Part shown: positions 11,760 through 25,571 of the stretch, in pieces
Layout: every line of letters begins with the position of its first letter
Numbering within the stretch: position 1 is the stretch's first letter
Assembly: GCA_951406725.2 (NCBI GenBank)
Contig: OX597820.1
Span: forward strand, 14,322,001 to 14,386,000
From: Octopus vulgaris
Lineage: Eukaryota
Direction: 5' to 3'
Length of the DNA: 64,000 nucleotides
Position numbers and translations under genes: made by a program
Notes under the pieces: generated by a model
Seen by the model: only the letters and a program-made list of their open reading frames with translations
What the model was told of the DNA's origin: nothing
Database searches by the model: none

Positions 11760-11810
11760 GCATTTACGATCTTTTCGATTTACTGGAGTAAGTAAATCTC
11801 TTCAAAATGC
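11760..11810 (-). ncRNA. Type-I hammerhead ribozyme motif (C3U variant)
   Basis: gcatt TTGAAGA gatttact-tactcc-agtaaatc GAAA agatcg TA aatgc. Perfect 5-bp stem I and 8-bp stem II. Confidence 0.7.
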
Positions 11811-12585
11811 GAGTATAGGTAGATGCATCGGTTAGAATGTAATGTAAACAAAGTGGTAATTCTTACGTTGAATATTTGTTCTTTCACTGGTAAATTCAAT
11901 GGGTAGAGGTTTGCTTGTGGTAGATTGGTTAGTTTCGTTATACATATATATATATATATATAATTTTAATAAATGGAGAAAAAAGACAAGAAAAAACAAC
12001 ACAAGGACATGGTACATGCAAAGTATTAATAAGACGCTCAGGAAAGGAAAGAAAGGGTGGTTGTTTTATGTTTCAAGCAAAGCTCTTCTTTGGAAACAGG
12101 AGGCATAGGAAAGTCCAACATATATACACATATATAGACAGATAGACATATACATATATATATAATATACATACATATATACATGTATATAGGGAGAATT
12201 CACAAAAAAATACAACAGACAGACAGGTGGTGTAGACAACAAACAGATGTGTTAGTTTAATGCTTGGGAATTTAACATTTCGAGCCTACGCTCTTCGACA
12301 GAAAGGAACACAGAAAGAAACAAAACTTTAAAAATAAATTATAACTACTGGGGTCGATTTGTTTAATTAAACCCATCAAGATGATGCTCCAGCATGGTCC
12401 TGGTCCAATGACTCAAACAAGTAAAGAATAAGTGATAAAAGATAAAAGACAAAGCTCACACATCCACACACATACAAACACACACACGCATGCATGCACA
12501 GACACATAAACACGCACACGTGCTCACACACACACTTGTGCACACATGCAAACACGCACGTAAACACACACACAAATACACACAC

Positions 12586-12953
12586 TCACACACAAACATA
12601 TACAAACACACATGCACACATACACAAACACACACACACACACACAAACATATACAAACACACATGCACACATACACAAACACACACACACACACACAAA
12701 CATATACAAACACACATGCACACATACACAAACACACACACACACACACAAACATATACAAACACACATGCACACATACACAAACACACACACACACACA
12801 CAAACATATACAAACACACATGCACACATACACAAACACACACACACACACACAAACATATACAAACACACATGCACACATACACAAACACACACACACA
12901 CACACAAACATATACAAACACACATGCACACATACACAAACACACACACACAC
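12586..12953. repeat. 52-bp CA-rich minisatellite, ~7 copies
   Basis: aaacatatacaaacacacatgcacacatacac recurs at 12594, 12646, 12698 and onward. Confidence 0.9.
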
Positions 12954-13443
12954 AGAGTCTCAATGCCATAAAATAAAGAAAGCAGAAAGATTTTTCTTGT
13001 GACAAAAGAGTGGATGAAGGTACATCTGTCAATAAAGTCAGAGGCTGCGATGAAAGGACTTTGACAAACCAACTGATAGATTGATAAAATGATTGATCAA
13101 ACAATTGATTAGCTAATTTGCTAATTAATTAAATAGTTGACTGATAATGGTGAAAAGAAAAGAAATGCAACCAGTGTTTGTATGTGTGTGTATGCATGTT
13201 TGTGCGGATAGGGGCAACATGAAATGAAGTGTTTTGCTCAAAAACTCAATGTACCAATTTGTCCTGGAATTGAACCCATGATCTGACAATCTTGCGTGCA
13301 ACACCCTAACCACTAGGCCATATGCATTCACATATACATACGTATATACATACTTTACTTTATACTTCCTATAACCATCCTTTTCCAAAATAACTCCTTA
13401 TATTGAACTGTACTATTTCCCTCTTAGTTAATTCTCTCATATC

Positions 13444-13491
13444 GTCTCTGATGAAGGGATATCCCTAATATCCCAGAAACAGCTGTAAGAC
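13444..13491 (+). ncRNA. Type-I hammerhead with palindromic stem III (Penelope-like terminus)
   Basis: gtct CTGATGA a gggata..tatccc a GAAA cagctg TA agac. Canonical core and all stems present. Confidence 0.8.
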
Positions 13492-13509
13492 TATCTTTCT
13501 CTTTATAAA

Positions 13510-13898
13510 TCTCTCTATATATAAAGCTGAAGTTGTCTGTGTATGGCAGGTTTGGTAGCCTTCAACTAACACTATCTCCTCCAAGACCCTGCGGTGCAAG
13601 TTGACCAAAATTGAGAGTATGATAGAAGGCTTGCTCTTCATTTCGTAGAAGAAAAAATTCAAATCGGACCATGTTAACACCAAAAATTATTTACATAAAA
13701 AAGGTGCTTTTTTTCTATGAAAATCCCTATTTTTTACGATTTTTTTACTGCTGTGTCGCCAGTTTTTGGTGTATTTCAACCAGAAAAATGTTCACTTAAA
13801 GAGAATAACAATCTACATAAGGCGAAATTTTTACTTTTCAAAAATTCCAATTCTAAAGGGTCGAAACAAACCTGAGCAACACCAGGCGATACTGCTAG
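13510..13898 (+). mobile_element. Non-autonomous Helitron
   Basis: 5' TC(tctctatatataaag), 3' subterminal hairpin plus CTAG, inserted between A and T. The empty site is visible in the paralogous sequence at ~25515-25550. Second copy at 38245-38631. Confidence 0.85.
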
Positions 13899-14940
13899 TG
13901 TCCTATAAATTCCTCACAGCCTTGGTTTTGTTGACTAATTTCATTTAACATATATATATATATAGTTCAAATTTATAGAAAAACTAAGATGAAGACAGGT
14001 GTATGAACAACAGGTAAGTGTATTAGTTTGACACTCAGGAAAAATGAAAGAGTCTTTTATATTTCAAGCCTACGCTATTCAGCAGAAAGGAATAAGAGAA
14101 AATAAACAAAATAATAGGTGCGGGAGTGGCTGCGTGGTAAGTAGCTTGCTTACTAACAACATGGTTTACTCGACTAAAGGCAGTGCTCCAGCATGGCTGC
14201 AGTCAAATGACTGAAACAAGTAAAAGAGTATAATCATCATCGTTGTCATCGTCATCGTCATCATTACCTTCATCATTTGGGCCGACCAAAGCACCTACTA
14301 CACTTTCTGAGTGGTTGGCATTAGGAAGGGCATCAAGCTGATCAGATCAAGCTGACCAGATCAGATTGGAGCCTGGTGCAACCTCCTGGCTTCCCAGACC
14401 CCAGTCAAACCATCCAACCCATACCAGCATGGAAAACGGACGTTAACCGATGATGATGATATATTATATTTTTTTTTGTGTGTGTTTGTGTCTGTTTGTC
14501 CCCCCACCACCATTGTTTGATAACTGATGTTGGTGTGTTTGCGTCCCCATAACTAAGCTGTTCAGCAGAAGAGACTGATAAAATAAGCACCAGGCTTACA
14601 GGGGATAAGTTCAGGGGTCGATTCCTTCGACTAAAGGGCAGTGCTCCAGCATGGGCACTATCAAATGATTGAAACAAGTAAAAGAATACCAGAAGAACGT
14701 ACCACTAAACCAAGAAGGTTCTTTGAATATTTACAAAGTGTTTTGAGGTTAAATAGTAATTCTTCTGTTTACATTTGCATAACTGAGATATTTTGGTTGC
14801 ATTATGTAGTTATCAGTTTTACATTTCTTTCTATATTCTGTAACTGTCACAACATAGAAACACTTCTCATGGCACCAGCACACAATTTACAGATGCTTAC
14901 ATTTTACATATTTTCCGTGAATTTTTCACGGGTCCAGTGA

Positions 14941-15000
<60 letters not shown>

Positions 15001-15002
<2 letters not shown>

Positions 15003-15311
15003 GTGATTAAAACTCACAGCTTATTTTGCCAGGTATGATGGAAAGTGTCAGCTGTCCACAGCCAGCAGACTCGTTTTACTGGTCATGCTTCAAGAACCCA
15101 GCGAAGAATTCTTGCAGTTCCAAGCAATGCTGATGTTTGTAGGTGTTCCAACTTCAAATTTGCACCGATCTTTCCCAGCCATGTTAGTAGTTGAGTGGCT
15201 GATACTTCCAAGAGCACCAATTACTATTGGTATCACGTCTACTCTCCTCATTGACCACAACTTTCGTATTTCCCATTTTAAATCGTTATAGTTGTTTAAA
15301 TTACTCTCTTC
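15001..15311 (-). mobile_element. 5'-truncated R4/Dong-like retrotransposon 3' end inside a (TAA)n tract
   Basis: YNDLKWEIRKLWSMRRVDVIPIVIGALG...LQTSALLGTARILRWVLEA*, a short 3' UTR, then (TAA)n at 14942-15000. TAA repeats also flank the 5' side. Confidence 0.85.
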
Positions 15312-15329
15312 ATTATTATTATTGTTATT

Positions 15330-15545
15330 CAAGGTAGCAAGCTGGCAGAATCGTTAATATGTCGGGTAAAATGTTTAGAGGCATTTTGTCTGTCTTTACG
15401 TTCTGAGTTCAAATTCCGTCAAGGTTGACTTTGCCTTTCATCCTTTCAGGGTCGATATATTAAGAACCAGTGGACACTGAGGTCAATGTAATCAACTATT
15501 ACTCTTCCCCAAAATTTCAGGTCTTGTGCCTTTATTAGAAAGAAT
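15330..15545 (+). mobile_element. SINE family B (tRNA-like head plus gcctttcatcctttcggggtcgataaa..agtaccag domain, Meta-domain-like)
   Basis: Many copies: ~21150-21305(-), 24530-24730, 33220-33500, 40599-41500, 41555-41740(-), 42266-42460, 42692-42900, 42910-43130(-), 43150-43360(-), 51510-52097(-). Confidence 0.8.
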
Positions 15546-15578
15546 TATTATTATTATTATCATCATCATCATCATCCT

Positions 15579-15925
15579 AGGTGCAGGAGTGGCTGTGTGG
15601 TAAGTAGCTTGCTTACTAACCACATGGTTCTGGGTTAAGTCCCACTGTGTGGCATCTTGGGCAAGTGTCTTCTACTGTAGCCTCAGGCCACCAAAGCTTT
15701 GTGAGTGGATTTGATAGATGGAAACTGAAAGAAGCCTGTCATATATATGTATATGTGTGGCTGTGTTTGCCCCCACCCCACCCCCCACCATCGCTTGACA
15801 ACCGATGCTGGTGTGTTTATGTCCCTGTAACTTAGCGGTTTGGCAAAAGACTGATAGAATAAGTACTAGGCTTACAAAGAATAAGTCCTGGGGTCGATTT
15901 GTTCGACTAAAGGTGGTACTCCAGG
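15579..15925 (+). mobile_element. SINE family A
   Basis: Head, CORE-like segment and tail as at 9861-10270. Further copies at 17196-17575(-), 20791-21131, 26808-26953(-), 32660-33068(-), 46963-47330 and 47675-48255. Confidence 0.9.
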
Positions 15926-16054
15926 ACTAGTTTCCAAAACATTAAGGCTCTTTCTTTTCCTTTCAAGCATTACATTATTACACAATTTGGTAAAATTTAT
16001 ACCTTTTTCTCTTGTCTTCTTTTGTTTTGTTTTTTTTGTGAACTGCCTAATATA

Positions 16055-16085
<31 letters not shown>

Positions 16086-16139
16086 ATTTTGTACTGTCGT
16101 TACTGTCCTGTTTTTGTTACCATTTTTACCCCTCCGCAA

Positions 16140-16460
16140 AAAGATCTCAGATTTTATTTAATTCGCTTTTCGCAGAAATGGAAAGTTTCTATCAAAGATG
16201 CGTCTCGCCTTCACCTTCGAAACGCAGAGTAGATGAAACCATGGCGACTTTCTTTGTGTTATTTGTCCTGTACTCTATTTTTTCGCTGTTTAAGAAAAAT
16301 GTCCAGTTCCTTGGTTTTGTGTTTATGTTTTCATTTCTCGTTGTGTTCGACTTTTTGTTTTTGGTGTCCTGTACCCATATATGCATGTATATATACATGT
16401 AGAGGTAGGTACGTACATATATGTATGTATATATGCATATGTTTTATTTATTAATTTATT
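16140..16460 (+). mobile_element. Unclassified repeat carrying a permuted-hammerhead motif (core deleted in this copy); paralogue at 39018-39345
   Basis: Aligns by eye with 39018-39345 over ~320 bp. Confidence 0.75.
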
Positions 16461-16707
16461 ATATATATATATATATACCACGGTCAAACCGTCCAACCGA
16501 TGCTGGCATGGAAAACGGACATTAAGCATTGATGATGATGATGATGATAACATGCACACATATATTAAAATCTGTTTCTGTGTGCAATTATGCATAAAAA
16601 AACATTAATTGATTTACATGGGAAAGGCTAACAGTAACATCAAAATTTCATCTTAGTTGCCTATCTATTGGTGTACACACACATGTTTGTGTACATCTCT
16701 CTCTCTT

Positions 16708-16753
<46 letters not shown>

Positions 16754-18079
16754 ACATATATACTTGTAAGGATGTTATCCATCAAATCAAATCAAACAGT
16801 TAATCTTCCCAATAACACTCAAGGTTCCGTAAAGGCCTGAGTTGAAGTCAAAATGCAATGTTCATTATTGAGGTCAGTTTAGCATTTGATAAAAAAAAAA
16901 AAACCATAATAACAAAATAAAATTAATAAAAAAAAAAACCGAATGGTAAATTCCCTTTCCAAAGGAACCTGTCAAATGCAGCCATCACAATGCAATCTAC
17001 TCAAAATATTTTGCAGCCAAGAAATGGCAGATAACTTCTTCTCAAGAACTTTTCAGTGGAATTCTTCTCTTATCCAGATGTAATCATGGATTTCATACGA
17101 GGGGTCGTGCAAGCTTAACACATGAAGATTCTCTCTATTTCTTGTGCAATGATGAAGGTAATGATGATGATGATGATGATGATGGTGGTGATGATACTCT
17201 TACTCTTTTACTTGTTTCGGTCATTTGACTGCAGCCATGCTGGAGCACCGCCTTTAGTCGAGCAAATCAAACCCGGGACTTATTCTTTGTAAGCCCAGTA
17301 CTTATTCTATCAGTCTCTTTTGCCGAACCGCTAAGTTACAGGGATGTAAACACACCAACATCGGTTGTCAAGCGATGTAGGGGAGGACAAACACAGACAC
17401 ACAAACACACACACACACACATATACACAACGGGCTTCTTTCAGTTTCCGTCTACCAAATCTACTCACAAGGCTTTGGTCGGCCCGAGGCTATAGTAGAA
17501 AATACTTGCCCAAGGTGCCACGCAGTGGGACTGAACCCGGAACCATGTGGTTGGTAAGCAAGCTACTTACCACACGCAAGCATAATGTCTCAGAGCTTAT
17601 ATAGAAATCCAAATAAATGAAATCACCGAGTTCCATGCATGAGTGTGTATGCCAACAGTGCCGAAAAGTACTCTCTCTAAAACATGCAGAATATCCAGTC
17701 AACTGTGCCAAATTTTCAGCATCCAAACAGCCTCCTCACATCATCTCATTCCAAAACTGAGGAATATTCCCAAAAAATTACCATTTACCAATTCTCTATA
17801 GCTTGGTGAGCCGAAGCATGTAGACTAAATATTCTTGCTCAACGTTATCATGACCAGGCCTGACTCAAACATTATGATAAATTTCCTAGACTCAATTTGA
17901 ACACGTGTTCGTTTGACATATATTTGAACACTACGTCCACCAAGATGCTTTGCCTCTCCGTTAAATTAATATTTACATCAAAAATGTTTAATAAAATTAC
18001 AATTTATTCTTAATTTACTTTCCACGACTTAATAAAAGATATTTATACCACTTATCAATGAAAAATCTTCTGAAATTGT

Positions 18080-18221
18080 GTTTTGCCACCACCACTACCA
18101 TCACCACCACCACCACCACCACCACCATCATCATCACCATTATCATTCTTCTTCTTCTTCTTCTTCTTTTTCTTCTTCTTCTTCTTATTATTATTATTAT
18201 TACTATCATTATTATTATTAC

Positions 18222-18252
<31 letters not shown>

Positions 18253-18718
18253 TTTATTTACATAATTGTTGCTTTGTTTTATGTTATAATTATTGCTATT
18301 ATATTTTATTATTATTGTTGTTGTTGCTGTTGTTGTTATCACCTTCATCCTCATCCTCCTCCTTCTTCTTCTTCTTCTTCTTCTTTTTCTTCTTCTTCTT
18401 ATTATTATTATTATTATTATTATTAAATATTTTAATATTTTTTTGATTTTTATTTTGTTTAGATTTTTAATTTTACCTTAAAAGATTTAATAAAGGTATT
18501 TATTATCAAAGAAAAAATCTTTAAAATTATTTCTTCCTCTGGATTTTTATCATTTTCAGATATTAGCTTAACTTTTTTCTTTTCAAATATTAATGCTTTA
18601 TCTTTTAAAATTTTAAATATTATAATCCCTTTTGAATTTATCTTTTAACAAATCTAATTTACCTTTTCAGGCATTTTCAAATTGATAAGCTAATTTTATA
18701 AGGATAAAGTGTATTATA

Positions 18719-18756
<38 letters not shown>

Positions 18757-18881
18757 CATTATTATTATTATCATCATTATTATCACTATCATCATTACTA
18801 TTATTATTATTGCTATTATTATTATTATTATTATTACTATTATTATTAGTATTATCATCATTCTATTATTATTATTATTGC

Positions 18882-18918
<37 letters not shown>

Positions 18919-19525
18919 TGCAAGGTTGTTTTTTTTTTTGGCTTCTTTTTGTTTGTTTTGTATTTTCGAAAAATTATTTTTAATAAACTTTCCAAACTTT
19001 GGAAATTATTACTACTACCATTATCAACACCACCACCACAACCACCACCACCACCACCACCACTACCACCTCTACTACCGCTATCACTACTTCTAGCAGC
19101 ATCACCATCAGTGGCAGCAGCAGCATTGCCATCGTCAGCAACTCCACCATCATCACCATCGCCGTTAAGATGAAGATGATCTCAAAACTTATCGCGACAA
19201 TCTCCGGTCATCATCATCATCATCATCATCATCATCACCATCATCCTTTATATTTTAACCTGGTTGACCTTTATCATCACCACTGTCATTATCCGACACA
19301 TCAACAGCAACAACAACAACAACAACAACAACAACATTAATGTTTCTACCTCCTTCACTGCTCTACCATCACCACATCTGTCACTACTACTACTACTACT
19401 ACTACTACTGCTGCTTTACTACATAAACACTACCAGTGCCACCTAGTTCATTTGAAATCATCTTTATCAATTATGTCGATGTCCTTGTTGAAATATCCAT
19501 GGTTAGAGGGATCAATATCACCATT

Positions 19526-19557
<32 letters not shown>

Positions 19558-20460
19558 CTTTATCATGGTTGTCATCATCATCATCATCATCATTGTTGTG
19601 GTCATTTTTATCATTGTCATCATCATCATCATTTCCATCATCAAATTTATCTTGGTCATCATTGTTGTCATACCATCACTGTCATCGTCGTTGTTGTCAT
19701 CGTCGTTGTTGTCATCGTCGTTGTTGTCATCGTCGTTGTTGTCATCGTCATAATCATCATCACTGTCAGCAACACCAAATCTAATATGGCTTGTTTTTTT
19801 TGTTGTTGTCATCATTGTCATTGTCGTCGTTGTCGTCGTCATCATTGTCACCACTGTCGTCATCATCAGTTTTATTGTGATTATTCTTGTTGTCATCATC
19901 ATTGTCACCACCACCACCACCACCAACACCACTATCGTCATCATCATCACCATCAACATCATCAATATCATCACCCCCCCCCCCCCCCGACACAGCCATC
20001 ACCACCACCACTGCTACCACCACCAACACCACTACCATCTTCACCACCATTACCATCATCATCGTCAACACCACAACACCACTACCATTATCATCCTCAA
20101 TATCATCACCACCACCAACACAGCCATCACCACCACCACCACCACCATCATCATCACCGTCATCACTATCATCATCATCATCATCATCATCAATATCATC
20201 ATCAATATCATCACCACCAACACGGCCATCACCACCACTACCACCACCGCCACCAAAACCACTACCATCATCACCACCATCACCATCATCATTACCACCA
20301 ACAACAACATCACCACCACCACCAACACCACTGCCACCACCACCACCAAAATACCACAGCTGCTGCTGCCACCATCACCACCACCAACACCATCACCACC
20401 ATCATCATCGTCATCACCACCACCATCATTATCATCATCATTACCATCATCACCCTTTTT
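18080..20460. repeat. Compound trinucleotide microsatellite field (CAC, CAT, TAT, CTT, GTC)
   Basis: Direct reading. It generates the poly-H/I/Y/T ORFs. Confidence 0.95.
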
Positions 20461-20945
20461 AACAATGCTCGTCATTGTTGGTTATCAACGCAGGTAACCT
20501 CCTCAAGAAGAGACCTATGGTTGTAGACATTTTATCTGTGACAATCTTATAAATCTGGGGCAGACCTATCACAATTACTCATGTGGGTAACAACGAAAGA
20601 AGTTGACCTCAATATTATTGAAACGAAGGAATGTATTTCATATAGAGTTGAAATTTACAGAAAAATTAAAGACAAAGACAGATGTATGCACAACAAACAG
20701 GTGTAATAGTTTGGCACTCAGGAAAGTAAGAAAGTCTTCGACGTTTCAAGCCTATGCTCTTCAGCAGAAAGGAATACAAGAAAATATACAGAGTGGCTGT
20801 GTGGTAAGTAGCTTACTTACCAATCACATGGTTCTGGGTTCACTCCCACTGCTTGGCACGTTGGGCAAGTGTCTTCTACTATAGCCTTGGGTCGACCGAA
20901 GCCTTGTGAGTGGATTTGGTAGACAGAAACTGAAAGAAGCCCGTC

Positions 20946-20995
<50 letters not shown>

Positions 20996-21303
20996 ATACG
21001 TTTGTATGTCTGTGTTTGTCCCCGTAACATCGTTTGACAACCAATAATGGTCTGTTTACGTCCCTGTAACTTAGCAGTTCAGCAAAAGAGACCAACAGAA
21101 TAAGTACTAGGCTTCCAAAGAATAAGTCCTGGTGTGCAGGGAAGGGGGAGCTAGTTGGTTACATTAACCCCCAGTACGCCACTGGTACTGGTACTGGTTT
21201 TATTGATTGCAAAAGGATGGAAGGTGAAGCTGACCATGGCAGGATTTGAGTTCAGAAGGTGAAGAGGGAGGAAGTGCTGTTATACATTTCGTCTGGTGTG
21301 CTA

Positions 21304-21357
<54 letters not shown>

Positions 21358-22030
21358 ATAGATAGATGTATAAAAAGAGAAAGATTGACAGATTGAAAAA
21401 GATGGCTTGCAAAATACTTGGAACCAAACTTTTCTAGAACAAGACGATGATGAAGAGGAGGAGGAGGAGGAGGATAAAGACAGCACTGAAAGTGAGGGTA
21501 GGATGAAAATGATGACAATGACAATGGCAATGACGATGATGATGGTAATGGTGGTGGTGGTGGTGGTGGTGGTGATTGTGGAAATCAACCTCTTTGTCAT
21601 TATTCATAACCATCATCAACATCATCATCACCACCACCACCCTTATCATCGTCATTATCATTACCACTACCACTGCCACCATCATCATCATCATCACCAC
21701 CATTACCATCATCGGTATCATTACCACTACCACCATCACCATCACCATCGCCATCATCATCATCATCACCATGTCCGTCACCATCATCACTCCATAATGC
21801 TGTACACAAGAACACTTGTGCATACAATGTCCACCAGTAGAGTTTCTCCTGACATTTATTTATAAAGGTCTTGAATTACTCAGAAACTTTGTCTTCCTTC
21901 AGACAACAATCACTTTCAAAATGACCATAACAGCTTGGTCAGAACTCAGCGAAACTTAACTTAACAACTGATATACATTGTTTACATTATTTACATTCAA
22001 CAGATATTTGTCCTCATCTTTTTTGTTGTT

Positions 22031-22072
22031 AATACGTTTCGGCTGATGTACCCACCAGCATTCTTCAGGTGT
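22031..22072 (-). ncRNA. Type-I hammerhead motif, same family as 27291
   Basis: Minus strand: acac CTGAAGA atgctg..cagcc GAAA cg TA. Stem I is damaged by a small deletion. Confidence 0.55.
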
Positions 22073-22099
22073 CTTGGGGAAATTTTAAATATAATAATA

Positions 22100-22385
22100 A
22101 TGAAATTATTGTATACAGTGCTCAAGTGTACCACAACTTGTCAGACAGTGCATATAAAGCATATGCAGTAGAGTACAAATGTCTGGAAAGCGAACAATGC
22201 ATGAGTCAGATACATGCTTGTGTGTGTATGGAGGGAGAAAATCAGGTGTAGTGTTGGCGAATCTCAGAAAGCATGGAAGTTTTGAAGGATGCAGTGCTCC
22301 GACAACTAACAACTGATGCTGGCAGTTTGTTCCATGCTTCAGCAACTCTCAGCGTGAAAAAATGTTTCCTAAAGTCATGGGAAAC
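22100..22385 (-). mobile_element. CR1/L2-group LINE 3' end
   Basis: HDFRKHFFTLRVAEAWNKLPASVVSCRSTASFKTSM matches the CR1-group ORF2 C-terminal FF..RV...WN.LP..VV.......FK motif. Confidence 0.85.
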
Positions 22386-22469
22386 CTGGGTTTGAACCTG
22401 GGTTCTCATTCCTAAGGTATTTTTGATATAATCATCATCATCAGCATCATCATCATCATTATTTTTATT

Positions 22470-22626
22470 ATTATTCAGGTCACTGCCTGCAATCAAATTT
22501 GGAATCTTGGGGTTAGTAGCCCGTGCTCTTAACCACTACACCATATGCCTGTGGGCGTAGTGGTTAAGAGCACATGCTACTAGCCCCAAGATTTCAAGTT
22601 CGATTCCAGGCAGTAACCTGAATGAT
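22470..22626. repeat. Head-to-head inverted pair of tRNA-like units (~73-bp arms, ~11-nt spacer)
   Basis: ggcgtagtggttaagagcac..gctacta.ccccaagatt..aagttcgattccaggcagt.acctgaat is present on both strands. Confidence 0.8.
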
Positions 22627-24395
22627 AATATATATAATAATACGTGAGTCTGGGCAAGGTTGTTTATTGAAGACCGGTAGTTGCCCGTGCATACCAGCCT
22701 CCTCTATCCATGCCACCGATTTTATCCAGCGGAAAGGCAAAGGACGATACAGCTTGGCACCTGTGATGTCGCAACTCATTTCTAAGGCTGAGTGAACTGG
22801 AGCAAGGTGAAATAAAGGGTCCTGCTCAAGAACACAAAACACACAGCCCAAGGTGCACCAATTCTTACTTGTATAAATGTGAAACAATTGTCTGTAGTTA
22901 TCCTGTGTCTCATTCATTTTCGAAGAGGAATTCACATCAGCAGAACAGCTGATCACTAAGGTGGTAGATAGCTTTTATAGTGGTGTCAGGGTTATTCATT
23001 TTTAGTGCTAACGTTGACACACTATAATTTAGTCAGTATGAGAGAAAAGGGAATCACTGTTTGTGTTCATAACAAGAGAATAGAATTCACGAGATGCTTG
23101 TAAAAAGTCATAACTTTTATTATTGACTGGCTTCTGTGTCGGTGGCACGTAAAAAGCACCAACCGGTTGTGGACACTGCCAGCCTCCCCTGGCACCTGTG
23201 ACGGTGGCACGTAAAAAGCACCCACTATGGTCACAGAGTGGTTGGCATTAGGAAGGGCATCCAACTGTAGAAATTTTGCTAAATCAGACTGGAGCCTGGT
23301 GCAGCGTCCTGGCTTCCCAGACCCTGATCGAACTGTCCAACCTGTGTTAGCACGGAAAATGGACGTTAAACGATGATAATGATGTAATGTGTTATCATAT
23401 AAGGTTAATTGAGGGAAGCTTATAACATTACATGAATATGTTCTTGTCTCCAAGTGAGAAAGACGAACAGGAGCGCGAGTGGGCATAAGGTGCAGCGATT
23501 TGACCCAATACATGTTGAAGAATCAACAGGCCCTGAATGGTGTGAATTAGAATTTCTTTCCTTTACATAAGGGATGGACCGGAAGTCCCCGACTTCCACA
23601 TGAAACCAGAAACTTCCAGGAAGGTCTCAAACATTCTAGAAGCTCGAGGGAGATTACTCTCATTACATCCCTTTTCTGTTTTGCTTGCCGTCATAGCTAC
23701 CAGGGGTCACTACACTTTTCTTATCTGTCCCAAGAACAACATTATAGCATCTGTTATGTTTACACTTGATAGAAGTCTTGATGGCAATGTCTCATTGCTA
23801 TTCTTTGTGCTTGTGTTTATCCATGTATGAATGGCAACATCTGGTTCAGGTATTGAACTCATGCTCTGATCCTCATGAACCAAACATCCTAACCACTAAA
23901 CCATTCATTTCACTAATCACATGAGCATTACCATGAACCTCCAGTGTGCCTTTAAAGCTGTGTGCCCAATGGGGGCAAAATTTGATTTAACCAGATTTTA
24001 CCTTATTGCCATATCACTTCAGCTTCCAAAACTCACCTCTACATTTCTTCACTGCTTATTTTTCACCTTTGCATTTTGGTACTGGAGTTACGACTTTGAT
24101 ACCTTTCTTGATACCTTTCTGAACTCACCTCACCTGTTTACCTTACTTTTTCCAAAAATCCTTTCCAGAGCAACCTTCACTTGCACGCCTGTCTTCTTTT
24201 CATTCTCTTCTATATCTATGATATTTGGTGGGGGGTTTCTATGTCTAACTGCATATTATTTCCCTGCTTTGTTTTTCTTCAGACGTTGCACCTGTTATCT
24301 AACCTTCTCACTTTTCACCGCTGTTATCATTGTATATGTATATATCCTTTCACTCTGTTATATCTATCTATATATCTACACACACACATATATGT

Positions 24396-24476
<81 letters not shown>

Positions 24477-24739
24477 GAGTTAGAATAAATAGACAGACAG
24501 TCGGATAGATAAATTTTGATATACACACAGAAACATTAGCATGCCAGGTGAAATGCTTAGCAGTGTTTTGTCTGTCTTTACATTCTAAGTTCAAATTCCA
24601 TTGAGGTTGACTTTGCCTGTCATTCTTTAGGGGTTGATAAATTAAGTACCAGTTGCATACTGGTTTCAATCTAATTGACTGGCCCCCACTCCCCCAAAAT
24701 TTCGAGCCTTGTGCCTAGAGTTGAAAAGTATATATATAT

Positions 24740-24796
<57 letters not shown>

Positions 24797-24964
24797 AAGA
24801 GAAAGAAAGAGAGAGAGAGAGAGGTTATGAGAGGTAATGGTGTTGATAAGACCCAAAGGTGTCAGGTAATGTTGAAGAAGTGCTATGGACAGACTATAAT
24901 TAAGCTCCAGGCTCGGTGATTAAGCAAATGAGGAGTCCAACGTCGGTCATAGATGAGCATGTGT

Positions 24965-25571
24965 ATATATATAAAAATTTTCAGAATGAGATAAAAACCA
25001 AGGCTGTGAGAGATTTTTGAACATTTATAAATAGGTTTTACAGCTGTTTCTAGGATATTTATTATATCCCTTCATCAGAGACAGTGTGAGAAAATGGTTA
25101 AGCAATAGTTATTATAGAGAAGATATGAAATACAGAGTGAAGTGGAGGAATGAAAACAGACGTGAGATATGCAGGGATATTGCATCTGTAGATCCATTAT
25201 TTAGGCACGATGGTATACATATATGATTCCTGTACCTTGTGAGTAAATTCCAATAGTATTTAAAGTTGGTCATTCCAAGTATCGAGTTTGTACATGATGT
25301 TATTGAATCGAGGGTTACCATTATATGCATACCATTCTGCTTAAATAATGGATCTACATATACAATATCCCTGCATATCTCATATCTATTTTCATTCCTC
25401 CACTTCACTCTCTATTTCGTATCTTATCTAGAATAACTATTGCTTAACCATTTTCTCACACCGTTTCCCATGAAGGGATATATAAAATATCCCGAACACA
25501 GCTGTAAGACCTTCTATTTATAAATGTTCTAAAATCTCTCACAGCCTTGGTTTTTTATCTTATTCTGAAAA

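Noticed and set aside
19436-20526. His-rich and Pro-rich ORFs (also 61785-62808)
   Set aside because: Compound trinucleotide and 15-bp repeats are open in several frames at once, with no splice or homology support.
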